Made by a program: the position numbers and the translations under genes. From positions 2,656,001-2,720,000 of the forward strand of contig OY969811.1 in NCBI GenBank assembly GCA_963703315.1: a stretch of DNA of 64,000 nt, given 5' to 3'. How positions within the stretch are numbered: the stretch's first letter is position 1; the number at the start of each line of letters is the position of its first letter. The notes under the pieces were generated by a model. That model searched no databases, was not told the origin of the DNA, and saw nothing but the letters and a program-made list of their open reading frames with translations. Source of the stretch: an uncultured cyanobacterium (GTDB lineage Bacteria; Cyanobacteriota; Cyanobacteriia; Pseudanabaenales; Pseudanabaenaceae). Below, piece by piece: positions 1 through 10,516 of the stretch.

Positions 1-156
1 TATCTTCATTCAGCAGAAGCAAAAGCCATCTCACGACTACCAGATCAAGACGATCCCAGTAAATGGATTACATCTATAGATGAGGACGAACCAATTGATG
101 AGCAAGCTCTAAACGCTTGGCTAGAACAGAAAGGCTATCAAAAAGCAAATGTATAG
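1..156 (+). CDS. 5'-truncated small acidic protein, probable antitoxin
   Basis: Frame 1 is open from the window edge (YLHSAEAKAISRLPDQDDPSKW...KANV*) and overlaps the start of the RelE-like ORF by 8 nt. Confidence 0.55.
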   Translation, partial: YLHSAEAKAISRLPDQDDPSKWITSIDEDEPIDEQALNAWLEQKGYQKANV

Positions 157-454
157 AATTACCTTACATCAGGATATTCAAGCTGAAGATTTGCCACTAT
201 TACCTGAAGAACTAAGAGAAGACTTCATCCAGTATCAAAGAGTCTTGAAGCTCGATCCATATCAAACGAGAGGTATCGCCAGTCACGATTTGCGCGGCGA
301 TCTCAAAAATCACAGAGCGCTAGAAATAAACTGCAACGGTGTGAGTTATCGTCTTGTTTATCGAGCCTACGAATCGCCATCACCCAAACGTGTTCAAATT
401 ATCAGTTTTGCTGAACATGATCTAGCCTATGAAAGAGCCAAAGATAGAAAATGA
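149..454 (+). CDS. RelE/ParE-superfamily toxin-like protein
   Basis: 101 aa; HDLRGDLKNHRALEI...YRLVYR...VQIISFAEHDLAY pattern is typical of the RelE fold; coupled to upstream acidic ORF. Confidence 0.65.
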   Translation: MYRITLHQDIQAEDLPLLPEELREDFIQYQRVLKLDPYQTRGIASHDLRGDLKNHRALEINCNGVSYRLVYRAYESPSPKRVQIISFAEHDLAYERAKDRK

Positions 455-470
455 GTATTCGATTCTACAC

Positions 471-3400
471 TTAACCAACTAACTGCACCGTTGAGCCTTC
501 TTCAGTCTTAGACACTTCAATTAATGTATTGAAGGCTTCTTTCATTTGTGGCATATGCGTAATCACTAAAATACATTCAAAATCAGGCGCGATCGCATTG
601 ATAGCACTGACAAGGCGATCGCAACCTAATTGGTCTTGACTGCCGAAACCTTCATCGATAATGAGGGTTTGTAAAGTGCTGCCTTTACGCTGAGCAAGAA
701 CACGGGATAGAGCAAGACGCACCGCAAAATTAATCCGAAAGGCTTCACCGCCCGAATAGGTTTCATAAGGTCTTGTTCCTTTGGTATCAGCAATTTCAAT
801 GTCGAGGGTTTCGATGATGCGATCGCTTTTTTTGCCAGATTTTTGAGTGATGAATCTGACATTTAATTGGCGATCGCTGAGTTGTGCCAGAATTTGATTG
901 GCTTCCACTTCAATTTGCGGCAGGACATTTTCGAGCATCAGGGCTTGAATGCCATTTTTACCAAAGGCTTGATAGAGTTCTGTATGGATACGTTGACGTT
1001 GACGGGCAACTTCGATTTGAGAGAGAGTTTCTTGCTCACGTTGACGGCTTTGCTCTAGTTGTTGTTGGGCTTGTTGGAGGCTACCAATTTGGGCAAAGAG
1101 TACATCCATTTGCGATCGCCAATTTTGTAGATTTTGTCTGAGCGCATTAATTTCTTGAGCATGATCGCCATGTAAAGCTTGAATTTGCGACTGTAATTCT
1201 GAAATTTGAGCCGTAATATTTTGCAATTCCTGTTGATTAGCACTGAGATTTTGTTGTAAATGACTCACCTGCTGCTGAAGTTCGGGATATTCCTGTTCAG
1301 CGCGAGTGAGTTCTTGATAGCGCAATAATGACGGGGTGAGTTCTTGCTTTTGGGTGCGAAGTTGTTGATGGCGATCAGGATCGTAGGCTAATTGAGCAAG
1401 GGCGCGATCGCATTGTTCGAGTTCATGCTGTACTTCTAAATCAATCAGATTTTTGGTTAAGCGCTCTTGTAGTTGATGGATTTTGGTTTGCAGATCAGGG
1501 ATTTTTTGCGAGAGATGATCGGCTTGACGTTGAGCATTTTTTAATTCTGATTGCTTCACCTCTGCCCAGCGCCAACGCTCGACATCACCGCGTGCAAGGG
1601 CATGGTTTTTTTCATCGTAGGCAAATTTATGAATATTGCGATCAATTAGTTCCATCTCTTCCCATGCTTCACGCATATAGTTTTGAGTTTGGAGGCGATC
1701 GCCCAAATCCTGAATCTCAACATCAATTTGCACAAGCCTTTGCTTTGCCTCGGATATTGCCTTGAGCCTTTCCTGCAAAGTTCCCTTACGCTGAATCAAA
1801 TCATTTAGTGGTGCGAGTTCTTTTTTGAGATTACGATATTCCTCGCGCAAAACTTCAATCTCACAATTAGAAGCCGCTTGCTGTTCTTTTACCACCCAAA
1901 TATCCGCTTGCAAATCACGAGATTCCTGTTTGTGCTTTTTCTGAACTAATTGCCAATGGGCTGCATCGAGGGGGCGATCGCACAATGGACAGGGTGCATC
2001 AGGCACGGTTAACTGACGCATTTTCGCTTCCAATTTATGAAACGCGGCTTCACTATCTGCCAATCGCGTTTTTAATCGTTCCAAAAAATCACGGCGTTCT
2101 AATCCTTTTTCATGGACACGCTGTTGATAGACTTGCTTATTTTGTAACAAAACAATTTGGCGATCGAGTTCCTTAGCATTAGACAGCAATTGATCGTGAT
2201 TTTTGACCTGTAAATATAACTGTTCTCTTTTGGCAGTTAATTCTTCTAATTTTGCACTCAGTCGAGTTTGCTCTCGTTCCAATTGATGCTTGAGAACTTG
2301 ATGACGATGGACTAGCGGTGTGGATTGAGCGTGGAGACGATCAAATTCCTGTAAGACGGCTCTGGCTTTGTGTAATTCCGCGATCGCTGCTTCAATTTCT
2401 GATCCTCGACTGAGAATGCTTTTTAAATCGCTTTCCTGTTGGACTAGTCCCTCTAACTGCTCTTGGTAATGCCGTAGCTGACCCTTCAGTTCACTTTGCA
2501 AACTCGCGAGTTTATGGCTAAATTCACCACGTCTTTCACTTAATTGTTGATATTTCTGAAACTTGCGCTCTAGTTCTGCTTCCTGAGTTGATAGCACCTG
2601 ATAGCGCTCATAGTCTTGCACAATCTGCGATCGCTTCGAGAGATAACCTTCTAACTGTTGTAATTGCTTTTGTTGATTGGCTAGTTGTCGTGAACTTTGA
2701 GCGAGATTACCCGTTATCGAAATATGTTGCTGCTGTTGCCAAGCTAATTGCTGGGAGACAGTTTGATACTGTTTTTGCAATTCTTCCACTGTTTGTAATT
2801 TGGCGCGATCGCGACTTTCCCATGACTGCAAATCGGTTAACTGCGATCGCAAAGCTTCTAACTGCGGGGCGATCGCTTCTCCTGCCAGAATTTGTTCGCG
2901 CAGATGTGCCAGCAAACTTTCTAACACTGCGGACTCTGCCTTGCTAGTCCGCGCAATATCTTTTGCCCGTTCTGCTAATTCGTCGTACTGCGATAATGCC
3001 AACATATCGGCAAGAATCTGCTTGCGATCGCTTGGACGCTTCAGCATAAACTCATCGGCACGACCTTGACGCAAATATGCCGAATTAATAAAAGTTTCGT
3101 AATCCATTTTCAGATGCGAAATGATCGTCATCTGAGTCGATTGCACCTTACGCTCGGTGAGAGATTTAAACTTGCCTTCACTTTGTACCTGAAATTCTAA
3201 AGAAGTTGAACTATTCCGCGATCGCGTTCTAATCACCCGATAGACTTCACCACCTGCAATAAAAGTAAAGTCCACCTGTGCTTCTTTAGACCCAACATGA
3301 ATCACATCATCTTGGCTTGCGACGCGGCTTGTACCCCAGACCGCCCAAGAAATTGCTTCTAATAATGAAGACTTACCCGCTCCATTTGCACCACAAATAC

Positions 3401-3482
3401 AAGCAACATGAAGCCCACTAAAATCTAAGGCTAATTGTTGATAGCTCAAGAAATTTTTTAATCGTAATTTCTGAGGGATCAT
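471..3482 (-). CDS. sbcC: Exonuclease SbcC (Rad50/SMC-like ATPase)
   Basis: Walker A GANGAGKS, long coiled coil with CPLC zinc hook, signature YSGGE, Walker B LIIDEGFG. Confidence 0.95.
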   Translation of the reverse strand: MIPQKLRLKNFLSYQQLALDFSGLHVACICGANGAGKSSLLEAISWAVWGTSRVASQDDVIHVGSKEAQVDFTFIAGGEVYRVIRTRSRNSSTSLEFQVQSEGKFKSLTERKVQSTQMTIISHLKMDYETFINSAYLRQGRADEFMLKRPSDRKQILADMLALSQYDELAERAKDIARTSKAESAVLESLLAHLREQILAGEAIAPQLEALRSQLTDLQSWESRDRAKLQTVEELQKQYQTVSQQLAWQQQQHISITGNLAQSSRQLANQQKQLQQLEGYLSKRSQIVQDYERYQVLSTQEAELERKFQKYQQLSERRGEFSHKLASLQSELKGQLRHYQEQLEGLVQQESDLKSILSRGSEIEAAIAELHKARAVLQEFDRLHAQSTPLVHRHQVLKHQLEREQTRLSAKLEELTAKREQLYLQVKNHDQLLSNAKELDRQIVLLQNKQVYQQRVHEKGLERRDFLERLKTRLADSEAAFHKLEAKMRQLTVPDAPCPLCDRPLDAAHWQLVQKKHKQESRDLQADIWVVKEQQAASNCEIEVLREEYRNLKKELAPLNDLIQRKGTLQERLKAISEAKQRLVQIDVEIQDLGDRLQTQNYMREAWEEMELIDRNIHKFAYDEKNHALARGDVERWRWAEVKQSELKNAQRQADHLSQKIPDLQTKIHQLQERLTKNLIDLEVQHELEQCDRALAQLAYDPDRHQQLRTQKQELTPSLLRYQELTRAEQEYPELQQQVSHLQQNLSANQQELQNITAQISELQSQIQALHGDHAQEINALRQNLQNWRSQMDVLFAQIGSLQQAQQQLEQSRQREQETLSQIEVARQRQRIHTELYQAFGKNGIQALMLENVLPQIEVEANQILAQLSDRQLNVRFITQKSGKKSDRIIETLDIEIADTKGTRPYETYSGGEAFRINFAVRLALSRVLAQRKGSTLQTLIIDEGFGSQDQLGCDRLVSAINAIAPDFECILVITHMPQMKEAFNTLIEVSKTEEGSTVQLVG

Positions 3483-3606
3483 TTTTCTGTGTCAGAGGCT
3501 TTCAGATGTGGCTATACTAGTCATTATTTAATTATCATAATAATGTATCCTTTAACAAAAGTTGATCGCTGCAATTTTTTACTTTTACCTTCAAACCGAG
3601 GGAGTT

Positions 3607-3972
3607 ATGGAAATATGGGAAGAAATTAGTCGCCAAAGAGTCAAGTACATCATCGATAGCTATCAGCTTGATGGCTGGGATGATGACTTTTTTGATGAAT
3701 ATTTAGAAGACCTATTGCAAGCCTACTCACCGCCACAAATTGAATTAGCGCTTGTAGAAACTCTGATCGAAATTTGGCAAACTACACCACTCATTCGTGG
3801 TACGGCATTTTTAGAGCGATCGCACCAGTTGCTAAAATCATGGGAAAACGCTCTGATTATGACTAAGATTTCTCCCACGCATTTTCGACTGATTACAGGC
3901 TTAGACCCGACACCAATATTTGGAGATATCATAGCTCCCCAAAATAAAAATGCACTTTCTGTTAAGTTTTGA
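3607..3972 (+). CDS. Hypothetical protein
   Basis: ORF 3562-3972; ATG at 3607 is preceded by GAGGGAG RBS. Confidence 0.7.
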   Translation: MEIWEEISRQRVKYIIDSYQLDGWDDDFFDEYLEDLLQAYSPPQIELALVETLIEIWQTTPLIRGTAFLERSHQLLKSWENALIMTKISPTHFRLITGLDPTPIFGDIIAPQNKNALSVKF

Positions 3973-4043
3973 TGTTAAGCATGGCGATGATCGGCAATTT
4001 TAAGCCTGTGAGCTAGAATTTTATAGAGTGCAATAGTTATGCC

Positions 4044-7000
4044 ATGAATCCTTTTTCAGAAATTGCAAGTTTCTTTATTAAAGTTTCGCAAAAAAAGTTT
4101 AAAAGTGATTTTCAGGGTAAGTTAGACAGAAAATTTACTCTGAGAAATTTATTTGGAGCTTTATTACTTGCATTACTAGGATATTTAGGCAATTACTTTT
4201 ATCTACCAATGTTTTATGGGGTTGACTTCCTATTTGGTAGCATTTTTACGCTGATTGCCACCTACTTCTATGGTCTTAAAATTGGAGTCACGGTTTCCGC
4301 GATCGCCAGTATTTACACGATTATTCTTTGGGGACAGCCCTACGCAGCCGTTTTACTGATCTTAGAAACCATTTGGGTCGGAATTGGACTCTATTATCGA
4401 AGACGGAGAAACCAGTCTCCTAACATGGTCTTGCTCGTACTGTCTTATTGGCTATGTTTGGGCATTCCCCTATGTTTTTTTTCCTATTCCTTTTTTCTCA
4501 AGTTTGGAATTAGCTCAGTTATCTTAGTTATTCTGAAGCAAGTAGTTAATGGGGCATTTAATAGTCTTATCGCTCACCTATGTATTGACTACTTACCTCT
4601 AGGGAAATGGCTTCAGCCAATTCATACTAAACAGCATCGTTTGACCATTCAGCAGGTGCTTTTTAACTTGTTATTGGCATTTGTCTGCATTCCTATTCTG
4701 ATTATTGCCACATTGACGGGTCATCAATCCCTAAATAATATTGAACGAGAAATTAATCATCAGTTACAGTCAAGTACTGTTAACTTAGCATCTGATTTAA
4801 AAATTTGGCATCGCCGAGATTTATTAGCTCTCCAACAATTAGCCGATATAGCTATGGATGATCGGAATTGGGAACGATTGCAATTTGCAACGACTGCTTT
4901 AACACAAGTCACGCCAACATTTTCAAGGATTTATGTAACAGATAGGCAAGGCAATGTCTTGTCAGACTTTCCAATTATTTCCAATTCAGAAAGAGCTGAT
5001 CTGAGTACCTATATTGCTAACAACGAAATATTTCAAATAGCCCGTTCGAGTTTAAGTGTTGCCTTCAGTGATATTTATAATGATAGTTCTAGTTCATCCA
5101 CTAATCATATCGATGTTGCTGTACCAGTCATCAAAGATAACCGTTTTCATGGTCTTGTGATTGGTCAATTAGAGTTATCTCAGATTAAGAGATTGTTAGT
5201 AGAAGATGCGATCGCATGGAATATTGATGCTTTCTTACTAGATCGCCACAACAAAATAATTTCTAGTAGTTCTCCTGCTAACAAAGTAGGCAGTGTTTTT
5301 GACTGGCAACAGGGAGGATACATTCGTCCTTTTCGGGCTGGGCAGATGCAATGGCTTCCCAAAATGAAAGCTGCTTCGATGATCCGTTGGCGTAATTCTT
5401 ATTACTTTCAGCAGACTAAAATCGATGATCAAAATCCTTGGACTTTAGTGATGCGATTGTCGCCAGTATCCTATATTAATGCCCTTGAGACTTTATACAC
5501 TCACATTCTCGCGATCGTTCTAGGGATTATTTTATTAGCGACAACAGTAGCAAATTTGCTAAGTCGTCGTTTGATCAAACCGATCGCCAAGCTCATTCGT
5601 CTCACCACTGATCTGCAACAAAAACTAGCAGATCAGTCAAATTTTGTCTGGGAATCCAAAAGTTTTGAGGAAATCGATACTCTTGGTGATAACTTTCAAG
5701 ACATGGCGATCGCCTTACGCAATAAGTTTCAAGAAATTAGCCAAGCAAACCTCACTCTCGAAGAAAGAGTAATGGAACGGAGTGCTGAACTTTTTAAAAG
5801 TGAAGAACGCTGGCAATTAGCAATTCACGCGGCTGACGATGGCATTTGGGACTGGAATATTGAAACAGGGATCACATTTCGTTCAGAGCGTTGGTACTCG
5901 ATGTTAGGTTTCAATCCTGCTACTGAATCAGAAAAGGAAATTGATTGGGCTAGCCTAGTTCATCCTGATGATCGCGATCGCCTCTTAAAAGCACAAGAAG
6001 ATTATCTAACTCATAAAGCTCCAAGTTATATTGCTGAATATCGAATGCGATCGCAGGATGGAAGTTATAAATGGATCTTAACTAGAGCGCTGGCGATCTG
6101 GAATGATGAAGGTAAAGCCATTCGCTTAGTGGGAGCCAATAGTGATATTACCGATCTTAAAATAGCCAAAATGGAAATGCTGCAAGCAATGGAGTCTGCT
6201 CAAGCCGCAAGTCAAGCTAAGAGCGAATTTCTTGCCACCATGAGCCATGAGATTCGTACGCCAATGAATGCGATTATTGGCTTTACTAGCTTACTGTTGG
6301 ATTCACCACTCAATTCAGAACAACAAGAATTTATAGAAATAATTCGCTCTAGTAGTAATAATTTACTCACAATTATCAACGATATTCTCGATTTTTCCAA
6401 GATAGAAGCAGGTCAAGTTAATTTAGAGATTCAATCTTTCAATTTACGCAACTGTATCGAAGATTGTTTAGAGATGTTTGCCTCTCTTGCTATTTCCAAA
6501 CAGATTGAACTCGCCTACTGCATGGATGCAGATGTGCCTGAATGGATTGTGAGCGACATCACCCGCCTCCGACAAATATTGATAAATTTATTTAGTAACG
6601 CGGTAAAGTTTACGGCTCAAGGGGAAGTAACGATGCGAGTATCTCTGCTACCGACCATAGGCAGAACCTCTCATCAATTAAGATTTGCGGTCAAAGATAC
6701 TGGCATTGGCATTCCTCAAGAATCTTACAATCGCCTCTTTAAGCCCTTTAGTCAAGTTGATTCATCGACGACTCGACAGTATGGTGGCACGGGATTGGGA
6801 CTAGCGATCGCCAATCGTCTCACCCAACTTCTTGGTGGCGAGATGTCTGTTGCCAGTGAAGTAGGCGTTGGTTCAATTTTTACCTTTACGATCGCGACAA
6901 CAGTTCCTGAGACAATAGCAATATCTAATCAGCCTCAAAATTTGATTTGTGCTAGGAAACGACTATTAGTTCTTGAAGATAATGAGATTAATCGTGAGAA

Positions 7001-7787
7001 TTTGATTGTATTTGCTCAGTCGTTAGCAATGGAGGTAATGGCAACGGATTCTACTGAGCAAGCGATCGCATGGTTGCAGAGTGGGCAGCAATTTGATTTA
7101 GCGATTGTGGACGCTTGTATCCCCATAGCCAATAAACCGCAAGAATCCTGTGGAGACTGCCAGATTAGGGAATTGATGAGAGCGAAAACAAGTACATTGC
7201 CCATGATTTTGATGACGCTGCGTTGCCAAGGTTTCGTTAAAGTCGATGATCCGATTACGAGTTATTTGCCCAAACCCTATAAGCGATCGCAACTATATAA
7301 GGCTCTGTTAAAACTATGTAGTTTGCATCTATTGATCGAAAGTCCACCAAAGCAGAAAGATGATCATGGTTTTGATGAGAACTTTGCAGCTAAATTTCCT
7401 TTAAAAATTTTACTCGCCGAAGATAATATCGTTAATCAAAAAGTTGCCACGCGATTTCTCAACCGACTCGGCTATCATATCGATGTGGTTATGAATGGCA
7501 TAGAAGTTATAGATTCGATTTCCCATCAAATATATGATGTGATCCTAATGGATGTATTTATGCCTGAAATGGATGGAATAATGGCAACCAAGCAAATTGT
7601 GGCGGAGTTTGAACACCGACCTTGGATTATTGCTCTCACCGCTAATGCTTTACATGATGATCGGAATATTTGTATACAGGCAGGAATGCAAGATTATCTA
7701 AGTAAACCGCTTCAGATTCATGATTTAACTCAATCCTTAGAAAGAGCCTACAGAAATAAAGTCAACCATAAAAATGAAGTTCTATAG
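4044..7787 (+). CDS. Membrane hybrid histidine kinase (multi-TM, Cache, PAS, HisKA, HATPase, two receiver domains)
   Basis: H-box FLATMSHEIRTPMN, N box NAVKFT, G boxes DTGIGI and GGTGLGL, PAS DGIWDWN, C-terminal REC LLAEDN...MDVFMP. Confidence 0.92.
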   Translation: MNPFSEIASFFIKVSQKKFKSDFQGKLDRKFTLRNLFGALLLALLGYLGNYFYLPMFYGVDFLFGSIFTLIATYFYGLKIGVTVSAIASIYTIILWGQPYAAVLLILETIWVGIGLYYRRRRNQSPNMVLLVLSYWLCLGIPLCFFSYSFFLKFGISSVILVILKQVVNGAFNSLIAHLCIDYLPLGKWLQPIHTKQHRLTIQQVLFNLLLAFVCIPILIIATLTGHQSLNNIEREINHQLQSSTVNLASDLKIWHRRDLLALQQLADIAMDDRNWERLQFATTALTQVTPTFSRIYVTDRQGNVLSDFPIISNSERADLSTYIANNEIFQIARSSLSVAFSDIYNDSSSSSTNHIDVAVPVIKDNRFHGLVIGQLELSQIKRLLVEDAIAWNIDAFLLDRHNKIISSSSPANKVGSVFDWQQGGYIRPFRAGQMQWLPKMKAASMIRWRNSYYFQQTKIDDQNPWTLVMRLSPVSYINALETLYTHILAIVLGIILLATTVANLLSRRLIKPIAKLIRLTTDLQQKLADQSNFVWESKSFEEIDTLGDNFQDMAIALRNKFQEISQANLTLEERVMERSAELFKSEERWQLAIHAADDGIWDWNIETGITFRSERWYSMLGFNPATESEKEIDWASLVHPDDRDRLLKAQEDYLTHKAPSYIAEYRMRSQDGSYKWILTRALAIWNDEGKAIRLVGANSDITDLKIAKMEMLQAMESAQAASQAKSEFLATMSHEIRTPMNAIIGFTSLLLDSPLNSEQQEFIEIIRSSSNNLLTIINDILDFSKIEAGQVNLEIQSFNLRNCIEDCLEMFASLAISKQIELAYCMDADVPEWIVSDITRLRQILINLFSNAVKFTAQGEVTMRVSLLPTIGRTSHQLRFAVKDTGIGIPQESYNRLFKPFSQVDSSTTRQYGGTGLGLAIANRLTQLLGGEMSVASEVGVGSIFTFTIATTVPETIAISNQPQNLICARKRLLVLEDNEINRENLIVFAQSLAMEVMATDSTEQAIAWLQSGQQFDLAIVDACIPIANKPQESCGDCQIRELMRAKTSTLPMILMTLRCQGFVKVDDPITSYLPKPYKRSQLYKALLKLCSLHLLIESPPKQKDDHGFDENFAAKFPLKILLAEDNIVNQKVATRFLNRLGYHIDVVMNGIEVIDSISHQIYDVILMDVFMPEMDGIMATKQIVAEFEHRPWIIALTANALHDDRNICIQAGMQDYLSKPLQIHDLTQSLERAYRNKVNHKNEVL

Positions 7788-7830
7788 AGATGTGGCGCAC
7801 GCGCAGCGTGCGCCACATCTCTATAGAACT
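7778..7830. repeat. Perfect 25-bp-arm palindrome spanning two convergent stop codons; probable bidirectional terminator
   Basis: AGTTCTATAGAGATGTGGCGCACGC-GCA-GCGTGCGCCACATCTCTATAGAACT. Confidence 0.9.
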
Positions 7831-9647
7831 AGCAATAGCTGAACAGGATCTAGATAAACTTGACAAGGTTGAGGATATTGCTTCAAAACAAGCCACTTCT
7901 CTTTAAATACTTCTGCTTGTAGATGATAATCCCAATCATGGTGAGGCGGAGCATTTAATTTCAAGTATAAGGTCATACGGTGCGGGGTTTCTGTGGTACG
8001 AACAAACCAGCAGGGAATCAAATTGGGTAATGCCTGTTTGTCAGAACTATCAAAAAAGGCAATATGGTGAGCGCGAATTCCAATATGCGTTGGTAAATCT
8101 GCGCCAATATCGTTGACTTGTAACATACATTCCCAATCCAGAGCTTCGATCAAATCAGGGGCGATCGCCTTAATCCGCGAAAAGTTTTTACAACCTGTGA
8201 GCCGCGCTGTTTCCACATTAATGGGATGATCAAAGACATCAGACTTCTCTCCATAACGCATCACCTGACCGTGATCCAAAATTAGGAGGTTCTGACAAAT
8301 GCGATAGGCTTCTTCAATATTATGGGTAACTAATAGAGTGATGCCTGAATAGCGATTAAGAACTGAGATTAATTCTCGTTCCATTTGACTGCGGAGATGG
8401 GTATCTAATGCTGAAAATGGCTCGTCTAGCAGCAAAATGTCAGGTTGGCTGACCAGCGCTCTCGCTAGGGCGACACGCTGTTGCTGACCGCCTGAGAGTT
8501 GATGAGGGTAGCGATCGCCAAATCCCTGCATGGCAATGCTTTGTAATTGCTCAGCAACTTTTTGTCTAATCTGCGATCGCGAAAGTTCTGGAGATAATCC
8601 AAAAGCAATATTTTGAGCAACGGTGAGGTGAGGAAAGAGCGCATAATTTTGAAATAAAAAACCAATCGAGCGATCGCGGCTAGGTAAATTAATTGCTTCA
8701 GCACTATCAAAGAAAACCTTACCATTGATTACGATCCGCCCACGTGACGGGGTTTCCATGCCCGCAATGCAATTGAGCAGCATACTTTTACCCATACCCG
8801 ATGCCCCTAAAATACCAATGGATTTGTCAGTACAGTGCAGCGCAATTTGCAAATCAAACTCCAGTAATTGCTTATTGATATCAATGAGTAAGCCTCGGTC
8901 GTGATTGGTGATTAGCGATCGGTGATTGATGATTGGTGATTGAAATTTTTCCTTTTTCCTTTTTCCTTTTTCCTGCTTCTCATCCCATTGGATTGTCCAG
9001 AGATTAGCAATGGCGATCGCTGAACAAGAAATCGAGAGAATTACAGCCGTCCAAATCCATGCTTCTTGATTTGCCCCCGCCTGTACCGCCGCATAAATTG
9101 CTAGAGGAATTGTAGTTGTCTCTCCTTGAATATTACCTGCTAGCATCAATGTTGCACCAAATTCACCCAAACCTCTCGCAAAAGCAAGCATCGTTCCTGC
9201 TAAAATCCCTCGAAATGCTAAAGGCAATGCAATTTGCCAGAAAATACGCCACTCAGAAGCACCAAGGGTTTTGGCGGCATGGAGTAAGTTTCTATCTACT
9301 TGTTCAAATGCAGCCTGTGCGGTCTTGTACATCAATGGAAAAGTCACGACTATTGCCGCTAATACACCTGCATACCAAGTAAAAATAATATTAAAATGGA
9401 ACATCTGTAGAAATTTTCCTAGCCAGCCATACTTCCCAAATAGTTGTAATAGTAAGAAACCAACTACTGTGGGTGGCAAAACGAGCGGTGCAAGGAAAAT
9501 ACTATCCAATATAGATTTCCATCTGCCACGATAATTGAGCAGACTATAGGCAGCCGCAATCCCTAAAAAGAACGTAAAAAAGATCGCAGTAATTGCTACC
9601 TTGAGCGAAATCCAAAATGGAGAGAAATCAAAGGGCGCTGAATCCAT
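7821..9647 (-). CDS. modBC: Fused molybdate ABC permease-ATPase ModBC
   Basis: ModB motifs PLVLPPTVVG and FARGLGEFGAT, then Walker A GASGMGKS, LSGGQQQR, LLLDEP; start 9647 (ATG) or 9656. Confidence 0.9.
   Translation of the reverse strand: MDSAPFDFSPFWISLKVAITAIFFTFFLGIAAAYSLLNYRGRWKSILDSIFLAPLVLPPTVVGFLLLQLFGKYGWLGKFLQMFHFNIIFTWYAGVLAAIVVTFPLMYKTAQAAFEQVDRNLLHAAKTLGASEWRIFWQIALPLAFRGILAGTMLAFARGLGEFGATLMLAGNIQGETTTIPLAIYAAVQAGANQEAWIWTAVILSISCSAIAIANLWTIQWDEKQEKGKRKKEKFQSPIINHRSLITNHDRGLLIDINKQLLEFDLQIALHCTDKSIGILGASGMGKSMLLNCIAGMETPSRGRIVINGKVFFDSAEAINLPSRDRSIGFLFQNYALFPHLTVAQNIAFGLSPELSRSQIRQKVAEQLQSIAMQGFGDRYPHQLSGGQQQRVALARALVSQPDILLLDEPFSALDTHLRSQMERELISVLNRYSGITLLVTHNIEEAYRICQNLLILDHGQVMRYGEKSDVFDHPINVETARLTGCKNFSRIKAIAPDLIEALDWECMLQVNDIGADLPTHIGIRAHHIAFFDSSDKQALPNLIPCWFVRTTETPHRMTLYLKLNAPPHHDWDYHLQAEVFKEKWLVLKQYPQPCQVYLDPVQLLLVL
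8902..8973. repeat. Heptamer tandem repeats (STRR-like) in the ModB-ModC linker
   Basis: 6 x TGATTGG-like units (8902-8943) and 4 x TTTTTCC (8946-8973). Confidence 0.85.
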
Positions 9648-10458
9648 ATTTTTCAAATATAGTTTTCGCTGGTTCGCTGGATAGGAATTCTAGATAGGAT
9701 TTGGCACTCTGCTGATCGGGACTTCTCTGTAAAATAGCGATCGGATAGACAATGGGCTGATGGAGTTTTGCATCAACAATTTGCACAACTTTAACTTTAG
9801 AAGAAGTTTTGGCATCCGTTGCATAGACAATTCCTGCTTGAGCATTGCCCGATTCCACAAATTGCAGCACTTGACGCACGTTATTTCCGAGGACAAATTT
9901 TGATTGGACATCTTGCAGTAGTTCTAGTTTTGTCAAGGCTTGCGCGGCATATTGACCTGCGGGAACACTACGAGGATCGCCGATCGCAATCCTTACAATA
10001 TTGGCATTGGTTAAATCTTTTAATGTTTGAGTATCACTTTTGTCCGCAGGGACAATCAATACCAGACGATTGCTTAATAAATTGCGACGAGTATCAGCAA
10101 TGATTAAATCCTTTTTTTGCAGTTCATCCATCTGTTTCGCGGCTGCGGAAATAAAGATATCCACAGGCGCACCGTTGATGATTTGTTGTTGTAAATCACC
10201 AGAACTGCCAAAGTTATGCCGAATTGCTAAATTGGATTTTGATTTGCGGTAAAGAGGAGTGATTTCGCCTAATGCTTCTTGAAGACTAGCTGCCGCCGAA
10301 ACCGTTAATTGGATGTTTTCGGATTTAACTTCGCTTGACTGAAGCGTTCTAAGTTTATTTTCCTGATTATTTGAGAGTGAAAAAACACTTATTCCTGCGA
10401 TCGCACCTAGTGTGAAGACAAGCAAAACGATGAAAGTAATCAGTTTGTTCTTATTCAT
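9628..10458 (-). CDS. modA: Molybdate-binding protein ModA
   Basis: VSAAASL, FGSSGDL, DIFISA, GDPRSVPAGQYA, GIVYATDA; adjacent to modBC. Confidence 0.93.
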   Translation of the reverse strand: MNKNKLITFIVLLVFTLGAIAGISVFSLSNNQENKLRTLQSSEVKSENIQLTVSAAASLQEALGEITPLYRKSKSNLAIRHNFGSSGDLQQQIINGAPVDIFISAAAKQMDELQKKDLIIADTRRNLLSNRLVLIVPADKSDTQTLKDLTNANIVRIAIGDPRSVPAGQYAAQALTKLELLQDVQSKFVLGNNVRQVLQFVESGNAQAGIVYATDAKTSSKVKVVQIVDAKLHQPIVYPIAILQRSPDQQSAKSYLEFLSSEPAKTIFEKYGFSAL

Positions 10459-10482
10459 ACAGATTTTGCTTTAGCTTTGCGA

Positions 10483-10515
10483 TTAGAGAGGCGGCGCAAA
10501 GCGCCGCCTCTCTAA
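10483..10515. repeat. REP-like hairpin (GCGGCGC-NNN-GCGCCGC core)
   Basis: TTAGAGAGGCGGCGC-AAA-GCGCCGCCTCTCTAA. Confidence 0.85.
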
Positions 10516-10516
10516 A

